This document shows, piece after piece, positions 7,900 through 16,721 of a stretch of DNA of 32,000 nt (position 1 is the stretch's first letter; every line of letters starts with the position of its first letter). The notes beneath the pieces were generated by a model that ran no database searches, had not been told where the DNA came from, and saw only the letters and a list, made by a program, of their open reading frames with translations. Origin of the DNA: Halogeometricum borinquense DSM 11551 (GTDB taxonomy: Archaea > Halobacteriota > Halobacteria > Halobacteriales > Haloferacaceae); contig NC_014729.1 in the NCBI RefSeq assembly GCF_000172995.2, positions 900,001 to 932,000 of the forward strand. The letters are read 5' to 3'. The position numbers and the translations under genes are program-made.

Positions 7900-8400
7900 A
7901 TGTCACTCACACGGGAGTCGAACGGAGCAGACGTACAGCGGACTGCCCCCGAATGGCAGTTCGTCGTTGCGAGTATCGCAACGCGTCGCACGCTGGCGAT
8001 TGCGACGGTGTTCGCCGCCGCGCTCGGTTTGCTCCCGCTTTACGAGTCCGTGTGGTGGTGGGACCTGCTCACTCACACGCTCGCCGGTGCGGTCATCACC
8101 GGGTGGCTCCTCATCTCTCGCTGGCGCATCACGGCCGTCCTCCTCTTTGTCGCATGCTGTTCGGGCGCGTGGGAAGTCGCCGAATACGCGACCCCGACCT
8201 ACGTCTTCATCGCCGGAAATCCGACAGATACCGCACTCGACGTGATGTGTAACTTCGTCGGGTCGGCCACCGCCGTGGCCGCCTTCGGTCTGTATCAGTC
8301 ACGGCTTGGCCGGACCGCCGATGGCGGTCGCAGTCACAACGCCCGTCGTCCGTACAACTCCCGTCGTCCCGAATCGAACACTGCCTCGACTGATGATTGA
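7900..8400 (+). CDS. Hypothetical polytopic membrane protein (start uncertain: ATG 7900 or in-frame GTG 8008)
   Basis: TM helices (TLAIATVFAAALGLLPL, LTHTLAGAVITGWLLI, ITAVLLFVACCSGAW, FVGSATAVAAFGL). By my count GC3 is high from about 8010 onward but only about two thirds in the first 36 codons, which also contain three stem-loops. The C-terminal 40 aa are basic and low-complexity. Confidence 0.5.
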   Translation: MSLTRESNGADVQRTAPEWQFVVASIATRRTLAIATVFAAALGLLPLYESVWWWDLLTHTLAGAVITGWLLISRWRITAVLLFVACCSGAWEVAEYATPTYVFIAGNPTDTALDVMCNFVGSATAVAAFGLYQSRLGRTADGGRSHNARRPYNSRRPESNTASTDD

Positions 8401-8578
8401 CGGCCTGTGTGAAATCCTCACTGCGAGCGTGTGCTACCCCCGAACTCGGTTTCGAGAAGCTCATCTGTTTTTCACGTTCGACTGCATGTCCCTCAAAACG
8501 GAATATCCGGTGACATGAACGCTCTCAGCGCTGAAAATCGGGGCGTTGCTATTATGTATCCCAACCTCGCAGGCACAG

Positions 8579-8908
8579 ATGAGAATGCGGGACAGATCGC
8601 ATCTGAACATCGATAATCGGGCGAGAGTGTGGGGGCACATTCTCGAGGCACTGTGGCGTCGTGGAAACGTCGAAGCCGAAAGTATCGCAACTGAGTTCGA
8701 ACTAAGCGTCCGCGAGATACGTAGTATCTGCTCGGAGATGGCGGATTTGGGGTGGTTAGAACTTCGAGCGGAGAGTCAAAAGTGGGTTGCTGGCGAGTCT
8801 GCGGACGAACTGCTGAGCAGTTATCCGGCGCTCAAAGCTGATGTCGAAGCAAGCGGTACTTCACACCGTGAACACGAGTCGGGTCGTCAAGAGCAGCTCG
8901 CCCATTAG
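8579..8908 (+). CDS. Small winged-helix-like DNA-binding protein (hypothetical) in an AT-richer islet
   Basis: ATG at 8579 (the track start 8546 is a TTG). The segment RVWGHILEALWRRGNVEAESIATEFELSVREIRSICSEMADLGWLEL looks like an HTH plus wing. Codon usage is visibly less GC3-biased than in neighbouring genes. Confidence 0.45.
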   Translation: MRMRDRSHLNIDNRARVWGHILEALWRRGNVEAESIATEFELSVREIRSICSEMADLGWLELRAESQKWVAGESADELLSSYPALKADVEASGTSHREHESGRQEQLAH

Positions 8909-8980
8909 CTGACTCGCTGGTTCGCTGGGGTGTCCGTTTCTGTGAATTAGTTCGTGAGTACAGAACTGGGACGGCGGCCG

Positions 8981-9490
8981 CTACAAGCCTGCCGTGAGCA
9001 GTGGCAACACCACGACCAACGTCAGGCCGAACACGAACGACGACCGTAGCCACTGCCCTCTGACTGCGGTCGAACGCTCCTCGTAGACGCGCTTGCCCGC
9101 CCTCGGGAGGACGAGATGTGCGAAGAAGCTGTAGACAAACCCGACGACGACCACCGTCGCAACCGCGTGTGGAAGTACCAGCATCGATCCGACGGAGACG
9201 AGTGGCGGGAGTAGTGCCGCGAGCGCCGTGTACGCGACAGCGTAGAGAATACCCGCGAGGACGCCAGCGCCGTAGTGCGTGACGTATGCGTCACCCTCCG
9301 ACACTTCGTCAGGCGTGGTACCTCGGAGGATCGAAGCGGCGATATAGGCGGGTGTGAACCCATCTTCCTGCCTCGACATCGGGACGCCCATGACGAGGGC
9401 GGCGACGAAACCCGAGAATGCGCTCAAGACGACGAAGACGAGCATACTCTCGAGTGACCCGGAAAACGGACCGGGTAGTGTGAACGACAT
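8981..9490 (-). CDS. Hypothetical membrane protein (4 TM)
   Basis: ATG at 9488-9490. Hydrophobic helices alternate with short charged loops. GC3-rich codons. Confidence 0.6.
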   Translation of the reverse strand: MSFTLPGPFSGSLESMLVFVVLSAFSGFVAALVMGVPMSRQEDGFTPAYIAASILRGTTPDEVSEGDAYVTHYGAGVLAGILYAVAYTALAALLPPLVSVGSMLVLPHAVATVVVVGFVYSFFAHLVLPRAGKRVYEERSTAVRGQWLRSSFVFGLTLVVVLPLLTAGL

Positions 9491-9533
9491 TAACCCACCT
9501 ACGAGGGGGTGAGGGAAAAGCGGTCGGTCGATA

Positions 9534-10397
9534 TCACTCGCCGAGGAACGCCTCTATCTCATTCCACGAGAGTCCTTCACGCGCGCCGGGGACGCGCGAG
9601 ATGAACGCCCCACAGGCGTTAGCGACGGCTAAGGCACGTTCGAAGTCGTCTCCGGCAACGCGCGAAGCGATGAATCCCGCAGCGAACGCGTCGCCCGCGC
9701 CAGTCGTATCGACGGCGTCGATTGGATAACCGGGATGTGCGACGCGACCGTCCGGCCGTCGAACCTCCGCACCGTCGGGTCCGTGTTTGAGGACGAGCGT
9801 CTGGCCGTCGAGGTCGAACGCGTCGAGAGCGAGGGCGGCTTCGCGGTCGTTCAAGAACAGGTAATCAACATCGGAGATCATCACTTCGTATCCGCGGTCG
9901 CCGATGCGCCTGCCGGGGTCGAAACTGACCGGGACGCCGACGCTCGCCGCTCGGTCTGCGAGTTGCTTGGCCGTCTCCGGCCGTTGGCTCGTGAGATGGA
10001 GATGGTCTGCGTCCTGCAGCACTGATTCGGGGAGGTCCGCGGCGTCGAACGCCTCGTTCGCGCCCGGACACCCTAATACCATCACCTCACCAGTGGGCTG
10101 GACGACGATGTACTTCGTCGTCGTCTCCAGTTCGTCCGTGGTGACGACGTGGTCGCAATCGACGCCCTCTGCGACTAACTCCGCACGCGCGGCGCGTCCG
10201 TGTTCGTCGTCGCCGACGCTCCCCAGTAAGGAGACATCCAGACCGAGGTCAGAGAGACCGACGGCGACGTTGGAAGCGCTTCCGCCGCCCGCCGTAGAGC
10301 GGGATTCGACGGTCGCTTCACCGTCGAGTTCGGGGATCGAATCGACACGGAGGGTCACGTCCCAGTTGACGTGACCAGCGCAGACGACGCGTGGCAT
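9534..10397 (-). CDS. PfkB-family carbohydrate/nucleoside kinase (ribokinase-like)
   Basis: ATG at 10395-10397 (MPRVVCAGHVNWDV...). PfkB motifs GGSASNVAVGLS and DTTGAGDAFAAGF are present. The track ORF is over-extended upstream into Arg-rich sequence. Confidence 0.87.
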   Translation of the reverse strand: MPRVVCAGHVNWDVTLRVDSIPELDGEATVESRSTAGGGSASNVAVGLSDLGLDVSLLGSVGDDEHGRAARAELVAEGVDCDHVVTTDELETTTKYIVVQPTGEVMVLGCPGANEAFDAADLPESVLQDADHLHLTSQRPETAKQLADRAASVGVPVSFDPGRRIGDRGYEVMISDVDYLFLNDREAALALDAFDLDGQTLVLKHGPDGAEVRRPDGRVAHPGYPIDAVDTTGAGDAFAAGFIASRVAGDDFERALAVANACGAFISRVPGAREGLSWNEIEAFLGE

Positions 10398-10500
10398 AGT
10401 CAGATCAACATACTTCTGCCGGCACCTACAAAAAGCCAACTGCAGATCCGGGGGCGGTGGCAAGCGTCTCAACGACTTGCCGTGCCGAGCGGCGACTCGA

Positions 10501-10701
10501 CTACCTGATACGCCGAGTGACTTCGTAGGCGACCGTCGCCGGCAGAGTCACCGCGAGGAGAACGAACGTTATCTCTTCGACCGTCGGCCCGGAACGGGTC
10601 AACGTACTGTAGAAAACGAGTGCGCCAGCGGCGAGGACGCCGACGACGGTGGCCACGTACTTCGGGTCGAACCACGAGGCGGTCGTCTTGGAGGGAGACA
10701 T
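10501..10701 (-). CDS. Small two-TM membrane protein (hypothetical)
   Basis: ATG at 10699-10701. Two hydrophobic helices (YVATVVGVLAAGALVFY, ITFVLLAVTLPATVAY). GC3-rich codons. Confidence 0.55.
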   Translation of the reverse strand: MSPSKTTASWFDPKYVATVVGVLAAGALVFYSTLTRSGPTVEEITFVLLAVTLPATVAYEVTRRIR

Positions 10702-10802
10702 ACCTGAAATGACAGTCGCCGCGAAGGAAATAAGCGGCGCTCAAAACCGGTGTGTCCCGGCGGCGGTCACGGACTCAGATTGAGTTCCGTCACAGATGAC
10801 CC

Positions 10803-11621
10803 TCACGCCCCACCGAGAATCGTGAACAGGATCAGGTTGTGTACGCCCGGCCCGAGACCGACTGCGGCGACGAATCCGAGCAGGAGGTTCCCTTCCGTCG
10901 GATCCTCGCGTACGTAGTCTGCAAACAGCGCGACGATGCCCGAGACGATGACGAGTTTGACGAGGACGAACAGCCACACCGTCCCGAAGAACGGTTCCGT
11001 CGGGAGCGTGGCCGCGAACTCGATGATCGCTCGTGAGAGCGGCGTCCGTTCGGAGAAGCCGAGAAGATCGATGCCGACAGCGGTTGAGACGGCATCGAGA
11101 GCATGTCCGAAGACGGTGAGGATACCGACGGGAGCAGTGATACGCGCGTCGGGGAGGACGCGGGTCAAGATAACCCACGCGCCCGCGCTGACGACGGTGG
11201 CAACGACGAGGCCGATAGCTGGGACAACGGGAGCGAGCGTGCCTTCAGACGCTCCAACGAGAAACGCGGCGGCAACGGCGACCGCCGAGAGAACGGTTCC
11301 GACGCCGGTGAGAAGAGGAACGAGCGCTTCTTCGGCCCACTCCGCCGCCGCGACGAACGTGCCGATTCCGAGGACGCCGACGGAGAGATAGACGGCGGGC
11401 GTGCCGCCGAGTGGGTGGATGACCGGTGGGAGCGCGTTCACGACGTAGAGAACGTGAACGGCGGACCCGAGGATCATCCACGGCACAAACGCGAGGATAC
11501 GTTGCGGCGTGACTTCGGGGCGGCGGCGGGCCACCGCGGCGACGACGACGCCGACAGCGACGAGGAGACCGACGAGGTACGGAAGTGGCGGCAACGCGAA
11601 CCCTTCGGGAAGTATCGCCAT
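10803..11621 (-). CDS. Polytopic membrane protein, DUF63-like (family assignment from memory)
   Basis: ATG at 11619-11621 ([18 protein letters not shown]...). About 8 TM helices. The 116 residues the track places upstream are Arg-rich out-of-character sequence. Confidence 0.75.
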   Translation of the reverse strand: MAILPEGFALPPLPYLVGLLVAVGVVVAAVARRRPEVTPQRILAFVPWMILGSAVHVLYVVNALPPVIHPLGGTPAVYLSVGVLGIGTFVAAAEWAEEALVPLLTGVGTVLSAVAVAAAFLVGASEGTLAPVVPAIGLVVATVVSAGAWVILTRVLPDARITAPVGILTVFGHALDAVSTAVGIDLLGFSERTPLSRAIIEFAATLPTEPFFGTVWLFVLVKLVIVSGIVALFADYVREDPTEGNLLLGFVAAVGLGPGVHNLILFTILGGA

Positions 11622-11752
11622 GCTCTGTGGCGCGGCGGGTGGCGGTGAAAGCCTTACGAAACCCCCGTCGCCTTGCGCTGCAACTGTACTGCCTGCCCCC
11701 TCGAACTCGGGTATTCGAGTCGCTTTTAGGTCCTGTCGCCGTCGCTTCACGC

Positions 11753-12391
11753 ATGGACCGCACCGAGTTCGCCGCACGCATCGATCACACCGTCCTCGGC
11801 CCGGAGACGACGTTCGCGGACGTGCAGACCGTTCTCGACGAAGCCGACGAGTACGGCATGAACGCTTGTATTCCGCCGTGCTACGTCGCGGAGGCGTCCG
11901 AGTACGCGCCCGACGTGACGGTCGCAACCGTTGTCGGCTTCCCGCACGGCCAGCACTCGACGGCCGCAAAACGCGAGGAGGCAGTCGATGCGTGGGAGAA
12001 CGGGGCCGACGAGTTAGACATGGTGATCAATATCGGGCGTCTGAAAGCCGGCGCGGACGACGCCGTCGAAACCGACATCGCGGAAGTCGTCGCCGCCGTT
12101 CCGATTCCGGTGAAGGTCATCATCGAGACAGCACTGCTCACCGACGACGAGAAACACCGCGCCTGCGAGGCGGCCGCCGAGGCGGACGCCGACTTCGTGA
12201 AAACCTCGACCGGGTTCGCCGACGGCGGCGCGACGGTCGAAGATGTCGAACGCATGGCCGAGTACCTGCCCGTGAAGGCCAGCGGTGGCGTCGGATCCTA
12301 CGAGGAGGCGATGGCGATGTTCGACGCGGGCGCGGAGAGAATCGGCGCGTCGTCGGGTGTCGAAATCGTCTCGGGCATCCCCGAAGCGTAG
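11753..12391 (+). CDS. deoC: Deoxyribose-phosphate aldolase
   Basis: ATG at 11753 with a CTTTTAGG box about 25-30 nt upstream. [20 protein letters not shown]...ELDMVINIG...DFVKTSTGF contains the Schiff-base Lys motif. Confidence 0.92.
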   Translation: MDRTEFAARIDHTVLGPETTFADVQTVLDEADEYGMNACIPPCYVAEASEYAPDVTVATVVGFPHGQHSTAAKREEAVDAWENGADELDMVINIGRLKAGADDAVETDIAEVVAAVPIPVKVIIETALLTDDEKHRACEAAAEADADFVKTSTGFADGGATVEDVERMAEYLPVKASGGVGSYEEAMAMFDAGAERIGASSGVEIVSGIPEA

Positions 12392-12531
12392 TCACTACAG
12401 CCGCTCACTTGTCGTTGGGAAGCCCTCTTTGGTGGGCGGAAAACGGTCCGGCCCGTGCCATCCCGTCGCTCCTGTGTTCGGCCCCAACCGTCGGCCTTTT
12501 GGCCGCGCACGCGTGACCTCAGTACGACCGA

Positions 12532-13785
12532 ATGGCCCGATACCATATCGAGACGTACGGCTGTACCTCGAACCGCGGTGAGAGCCGAGCCATCGAGAGC
12601 GCGCTCCGCGATGCCGGCCACTACCGTGTCGAGGAACCCGAGGAAGCCGACGTCGCCATCATGAACACCTGTACGGTCGTCGAGAAGACGGAGCGCAACA
12701 TGCTCCGCCGGGCCAAAGAGTTAGAGGAGGAGACGGCCGACCTCATCATCACCGGCTGTATGGCCCTCGCGCAGGGCGAGGAGTTCCACGAGGAGGACGT
12801 AGACGCCCAGATACTCCACTGGGACGACGTTCCTTCGGCGGTGACGAACGGGGAGTGTCCGACGCCCGGTCCCGGAACCGAACCCGTCTTGGACGGCGTC
12901 GTCGGTATCCTCCCTATCGCTCGCGGCTGTATGTCGAACTGCTCGTACTGCATCACGAAGTTCGCCACCGGGCGCGTCGATTCCCCGCCCGTCGAGGAGA
13001 ACGTCGAGAAGGCGCGGGCACTCGTCCACGCCGGAGCGAAGGAAATTCGCATCACCGGGCAGGACACCGGTGTCTACGGCTGGGACAAAGGCGACCGAAA
13101 GCTTCCGGAACTGCTCGATAGGATCTGCTCGGAAATCGAGGGCGACTTCCGCGTCCGCCTCGGGATGGCGAACCCCGGCGGTATCCACGGCATCCACGAG
13201 GAGTTAGTCGAAGTGTTCGACCGGCACGACAAACTGTATAACTTCATCCACCTGCCGGTGCAGTCGGGGTCAGACACGGTTCTCGAAGCGATGCGCCGCC
13301 AACACCGCGTGGACAAGTTCGTCGAAATCGTCGAGACGTTCGATGAGACGCTCGACTACTGGACGCTCTCGACGGACTTCATCGTCGGCTTCCCCACCGA
13401 GACGGAGGCAGACCACGAACAGAGCATGGCGCTCTTCAGAGAAGTTCGTCCAGAGAAGGTGAACGTCACGCGCTTCTCGAAGCGACCCGGCACCGACGCC
13501 GCAGACATGAAGGGTCTCGGCGGGACGGTCAAGAAGGAACGCTCGAAGGAGATGTCCGAGTTGAAGATGGACATCGTCGCCGAGGCGTACGAGTCGATGA
13601 TCGGTGAGACGCACCGCGTCATGGTCGTCCGAGAGGGGACGGGCGACTCGGTGAAGTGCCGCGACGAGGCCTATCGGCAGATAATCGTCCAGAACGCCTC
13701 CGAACACGGCATCGAACCCGGCGACTTCCTCGACGTGGAAGTGACGAGTCACCAGACAGTGTACGCGTTCGGAAAGCCGGTCTGA
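12532..13785 (+). CDS. Archaeal MiaB-like / CDKAL1-type radical-SAM tRNA methylthiotransferase
   Basis: N-terminal UPF0004 cysteines (YGCTSN, MNTCTV, TGCMA). Radical-SAM motif CMSNCSYC. C-terminal TRAM-like region. Confidence 0.92.
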   Translation: MARYHIETYGCTSNRGESRAIESALRDAGHYRVEEPEEADVAIMNTCTVVEKTERNMLRRAKELEEETADLIITGCMALAQGEEFHEEDVDAQILHWDDVPSAVTNGECPTPGPGTEPVLDGVVGILPIARGCMSNCSYCITKFATGRVDSPPVEENVEKARALVHAGAKEIRITGQDTGVYGWDKGDRKLPELLDRICSEIEGDFRVRLGMANPGGIHGIHEELVEVFDRHDKLYNFIHLPVQSGSDTVLEAMRRQHRVDKFVEIVETFDETLDYWTLSTDFIVGFPTETEADHEQSMALFREVRPEKVNVTRFSKRPGTDAADMKGLGGTVKKERSKEMSELKMDIVAEAYESMIGETHRVMVVREGTGDSVKCRDEAYRQIIVQNASEHGIEPGDFLDVEVTSHQTVYAFGKPV

Positions 13786-13889
13786 ATTCGGTTCTCATAC
13801 CGGCTAAAGAACGGGGTCTCGGGGACCTCCCAGCGATGGTGGACCCGACGGTAACGGCGCTGACGCGGTTCGTCGGATAAAGCAGGAAC

Positions 13890-14342
13890 TCACTCGTCAC
13901 CCTCACTGCCGCCATCACCGCCGATCCGGCGGTACATCCCGCGCGAGGCGGGAGCCGTCGGTTCGAATCCCCACCGCTCGTAGAATCCGTCTACGTCCGC
14001 CATGAGGTTCACGTAGGCGTATTCGGGCGCTTCTCGGTCGAGGTAGGCGACGAGTTCGTCCATCATCGCCGTGCCGAGTCCCTCGCCCTGATGTTCTGGG
14101 TGGACAACCATATCCGTGATCTGGTAGACGGTTCCGCCGTCACCGACGATTCGTGCCATCCCGACGACCTCGCGTCCGTCGCCGCTCTCGCTCCCGGATT
14201 CCACGCGGACGCCGAAGACGGAGTTCGGCAGGCCGCGTCGGACACCGTCGAGACTGCGGGGTGACATCCCGGCCGCTTCGCGGAGGGCGCAAAACGTCTC
14301 TGCGTCGGGAACGTCGCGGACGAGTTCGTAGTCGTTGTCCAT
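13890..14342 (-). CDS. GNAT-family N-acetyltransferase
   Basis: Acetyl-CoA binding motif VHPEHQGEGLGTAMM. ATG at 14340-14342. C-terminal FYERWGF. Confidence 0.87.
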   Translation of the reverse strand: MDNDYELVRDVPDAETFCALREAAGMSPRSLDGVRRGLPNSVFGVRVESGSESGDGREVVGMARIVGDGGTVYQITDMVVHPEHQGEGLGTAMMDELVAYLDREAPEYAYVNLMADVDGFYERWGFEPTAPASRGMYRRIGGDGGSEGDE

Positions 14343-14428
14343 GTCTGGGCGTCACGGTGGGAGCGCAAGACAATTTGCATCCGGGCGAACCGCCGACCTT
14401 TTGCCGGTTGTTCGCGGACAGTTGGTCG

Positions 14429-15022
14429 ATGGCTGACGACTCTGGGTCTCGAATCCCTGTGTACGTCCGCGACACTCTCCAAACTCTCGCGGCCGTCGTT
14501 TTCGTGGGTCTCCTCCTGTTTGCCCTCACGGGCGTCTGGCCGCCGATGGTCGCCGTCGAAAGCGGAAGCATGGAACCGCATATCGACACCGGCGACATGG
14601 TGGTCGTCTCCGACGCCGGTCGCTTCTCCGGCGCGTCTGCCGACGAACATGGTATCGTCACGTACGCCGAATCCGACGGCTACTCCCGGTTCTCCGGCAA
14701 AGGTGACGTGATCGTCTACATGCCGCCCGAGCGGACGGGATCACCAATCATCCACCGCGCGCGGTTCTACGTCGAGAGCGGTGAGAACTGGTACGACAGG
14801 GCCGCTCCCGACGCTATCGCGCCGGGAATCGACAACTGCGACGAACTGACGAACTGTCCGGCCCCGAACGCAGGCTACATCACGAAAGGTGACAACGTGA
14901 GACAGTACGATCAGGCCCGCGGTCTCGCACGGCCGGTCAAGCCCGAGTGGGTCCGCGCGAAAGCACAGGTCCGCGTTCCCTTCCTCGGGTGGGTCCGACT
15001 CGCTATTGCCGGCAAAGCCTGA
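14429..15022 (+). CDS. sec11: Signal peptidase I, archaeal Sec11 type
   Basis: ATG at 14429 (MADDSGSRIP...). An N-terminal TM helix is followed by catalytic VESGSMEP (Ser), IIHRA (His) and ITKGDN (Asp) boxes. The track ORF is over-extended by 92 Arg-rich residues. Confidence 0.88.
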   Translation: MADDSGSRIPVYVRDTLQTLAAVVFVGLLLFALTGVWPPMVAVESGSMEPHIDTGDMVVVSDAGRFSGASADEHGIVTYAESDGYSRFSGKGDVIVYMPPERTGSPIIHRARFYVESGENWYDRAAPDAIAPGIDNCDELTNCPAPNAGYITKGDNVRQYDQARGLARPVKPEWVRAKAQVRVPFLGWVRLAIAGKA

Positions 15023-15040
15023 GACCGACGTGCGAACCCG

Positions 15041-15973
15041 TCACTTCTCTCCGGTTCGTTGCTCGAATAGCTGTTCTGTCCGGTCGTCTTCTTTCCACTC
15101 GCCGAGTTCCTTCGGGTCGATGTGGACGAACACGTCGTCCACTTCGGGGAGTTCTCCGATCGATTCGACGACTTTGCTTTCGATATCGTGAGCCTCGAAC
15201 AGCGTCATATCGCCTTCCACCTCGATGTGGAGGCTCACGTCGATTTCCGGACCGACGTAGTGAGCGACCACGTCGTGTGCGCCTTTCACCTCCGGGTGTT
15301 CGAGCGCGCGGCTGAGAATCTCGGCCGTCAGTTCGTCCGGCGGTGCCGCGCCCACGAGATAGTTCACGTTGTCGCGGACGATTTCGTACCCCGTGTAGAT
15401 GATGCCGAGCGAGACGACGCCTGCGGCGATGGGGTCGAGGATCGGAACGCCTGCACTGGCACCGAGGACGCCGACGAGAGCGGCACCGGCCGTGAGGATG
15501 TCGTTTCGGTTGTCGAGTGCCGTCGCAATGATGGCGGGTGAATGCGTTTGTTCCCCAACCCGGAGGCAGTAGCGATAGAGGCCGTACTTTACGCCGCCGG
15601 AGACGACGAGGACAGCGACGCCCGTAACACCGGCAGATCCGCCGTACGTGCCGTTCAATACGGATGTGCTGGCGTTCCAGAGGACGCCCGCACCGGCGGC
15701 GAAGACGCCGACCGCGACGAACAGCGAGACGAACGGTTCGATTCGCTCGTGTCCGTGGGGGTGTTCGAAGTCCGGCGGTTGCGTCGTCAGGTAGAGACCG
15801 GCCAGAACGATGACGCTGTAGACGGCGTCGGACGCACTGTTGACGGCCTCGGAACCGACGGCGAGGCTCCCGGTCGTCCACCAGACGCCCGCTTTCGCCA
15901 GCGCGAGACCGACGTTCACTGCGAGGATGACGAGCCCGACCCGTCGCATCACTCGGCTTCGGTCTCCATTCAT
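15041..15973 (-). CDS. Cation diffusion facilitator (CDF) family metal efflux transporter
   Basis: ATG at 15971-15973 (the track start at 15976 is a GTG). Six TM helices, with HPHGHERIEP after TM2. The C-terminal cytoplasmic domain contains HDVVAHYVGPEIDVSLHIEV. Confidence 0.9.
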   Translation of the reverse strand: MNGDRSRVMRRVGLVILAVNVGLALAKAGVWWTTGSLAVGSEAVNSASDAVYSVIVLAGLYLTTQPPDFEHPHGHERIEPFVSLFVAVGVFAAGAGVLWNASTSVLNGTYGGSAGVTGVAVLVVSGGVKYGLYRYCLRVGEQTHSPAIIATALDNRNDILTAGAALVGVLGASAGVPILDPIAAGVVSLGIIYTGYEIVRDNVNYLVGAAPPDELTAEILSRALEHPEVKGAHDVVAHYVGPEIDVSLHIEVEGDMTLFEAHDIESKVVESIGELPEVDDVFVHIDPKELGEWKEDDRTEQLFEQRTGEK

Positions 15974-16064
15974 CACCGAACCGTACCGACGGCAGGCAAA
16001 TGATGTTTCCTACTCGCCACCGGCGGTGCAGTTCAGTTTGCCCGCCACCGCTGACAAAACCGGT

Positions 16065-16634
16065 TCAGCTGTCGGACGGGAACTCGAAGTCGAGTTCGAC
16101 GGCGTCGTTCGAACCGTCTACGCTGGCACCTTCTTGGGCGGCAAACGCCTCGTGGAGGCGGTCGAACGTATCATCGAGGGCTTCGACGATGACCTTCGTG
16201 TCGCCGATGACGGGCATGAAGTTCGTATCGCCGTTCCACCGGGGAACGATGTGCGTGTGCAGGTGATCCTCGATGGATCCGCCAGACGCGCCGCCACCGA
16301 GGTTCTCACCGGCGTTAGCGGCGTCCGGTCCGAGAGCGTCGTTGAGGGCATCCACTGTCCGTGCTTTCAGTCGCGCGTGATCCAACAGTTCCTCGTCTGA
16401 TAAGTCGCTCCACGACCCGGAGTGCCGATACGGGATGACCATCACGTGACCGGGATTGTACGGATAGTTGTTCAGTAGGACGAACGAGTGATCGCTCCGC
16501 GCGACGACGCGGTTTTCTCTGTCGTCGTCCGCGTCGGGGAGGGCACAGAACGGGCAGGCGTCGCCGCCGTCCGCGTCACTCTCGCCGTCGCGTTCCACCC
16601 ATTCAATACGCCACGGGGCGAAAATTTGATCCAT
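16065..16634 (-). CDS. HIT (histidine triad) family nucleotide-binding protein
   Basis: HIT motif HLHTHIVPRW. ATG at 16632-16634 (the track start at 16643 is a TTG). The N-terminus contains a CPFC element. Confidence 0.86.
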   Translation of the reverse strand: MDQIFAPWRIEWVERDGESDADGGDACPFCALPDADDDRENRVVARSDHSFVLLNNYPYNPGHVMVIPYRHSGSWSDLSDEELLDHARLKARTVDALNDALGPDAANAGENLGGGASGGSIEDHLHTHIVPRWNGDTNFMPVIGDTKVIVEALDDTFDRLHEAFAAQEGASVDGSNDAVELDFEFPSDS

Positions 16635-16721
16635 ATCCCCCAATCGGAACTGACAGATTTAGTGGCGACGAATTAGTGGCGGTAGATCAGCGGTACCGAA
16701 GTCGCAGGAGAGACGTGACGA

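Noticed and set aside
12490-12505. Hairpin CGGCC-TTTT-GGCCG downstream of deoC as an intrinsic terminator
   Set aside because: The stem is only 5 bp and the T-run lies in the loop rather than trailing it. Archaeal termination relies on oligo-T tracts, so support is weak. It is noted but not called.
11509-12516. 335-aa plus-strand ORF, extremely Arg-rich
   Set aside because: It is an out-of-frame overlap of deoC (11753-12391). Runs such as [17 protein letters not shown] are an off-frame GC artefact.
13955-13985. tRNA-like T-loop string GGTTCGAATCCCC
   Set aside because: The flanking bases cannot form a T-stem or an acceptor stem. The string lies in-frame inside the GNAT gene (it encodes WGFEPTA on the minus strand).
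14063-14661. Two overlapping minus-strand ORFs (195 and 173 aa)
   Set aside because: They span the GNAT/Sec11 divergent region in wrong frames. They are Arg/Pro/Ser-rich and conflict with two well-supported genes.
15003-15881. 292-aa minus-strand Arg-rich ORF
   Set aside because: It is an alternative frame of the CDF transporter gene (15041-15973), which has the expected six TM helices and motifs.
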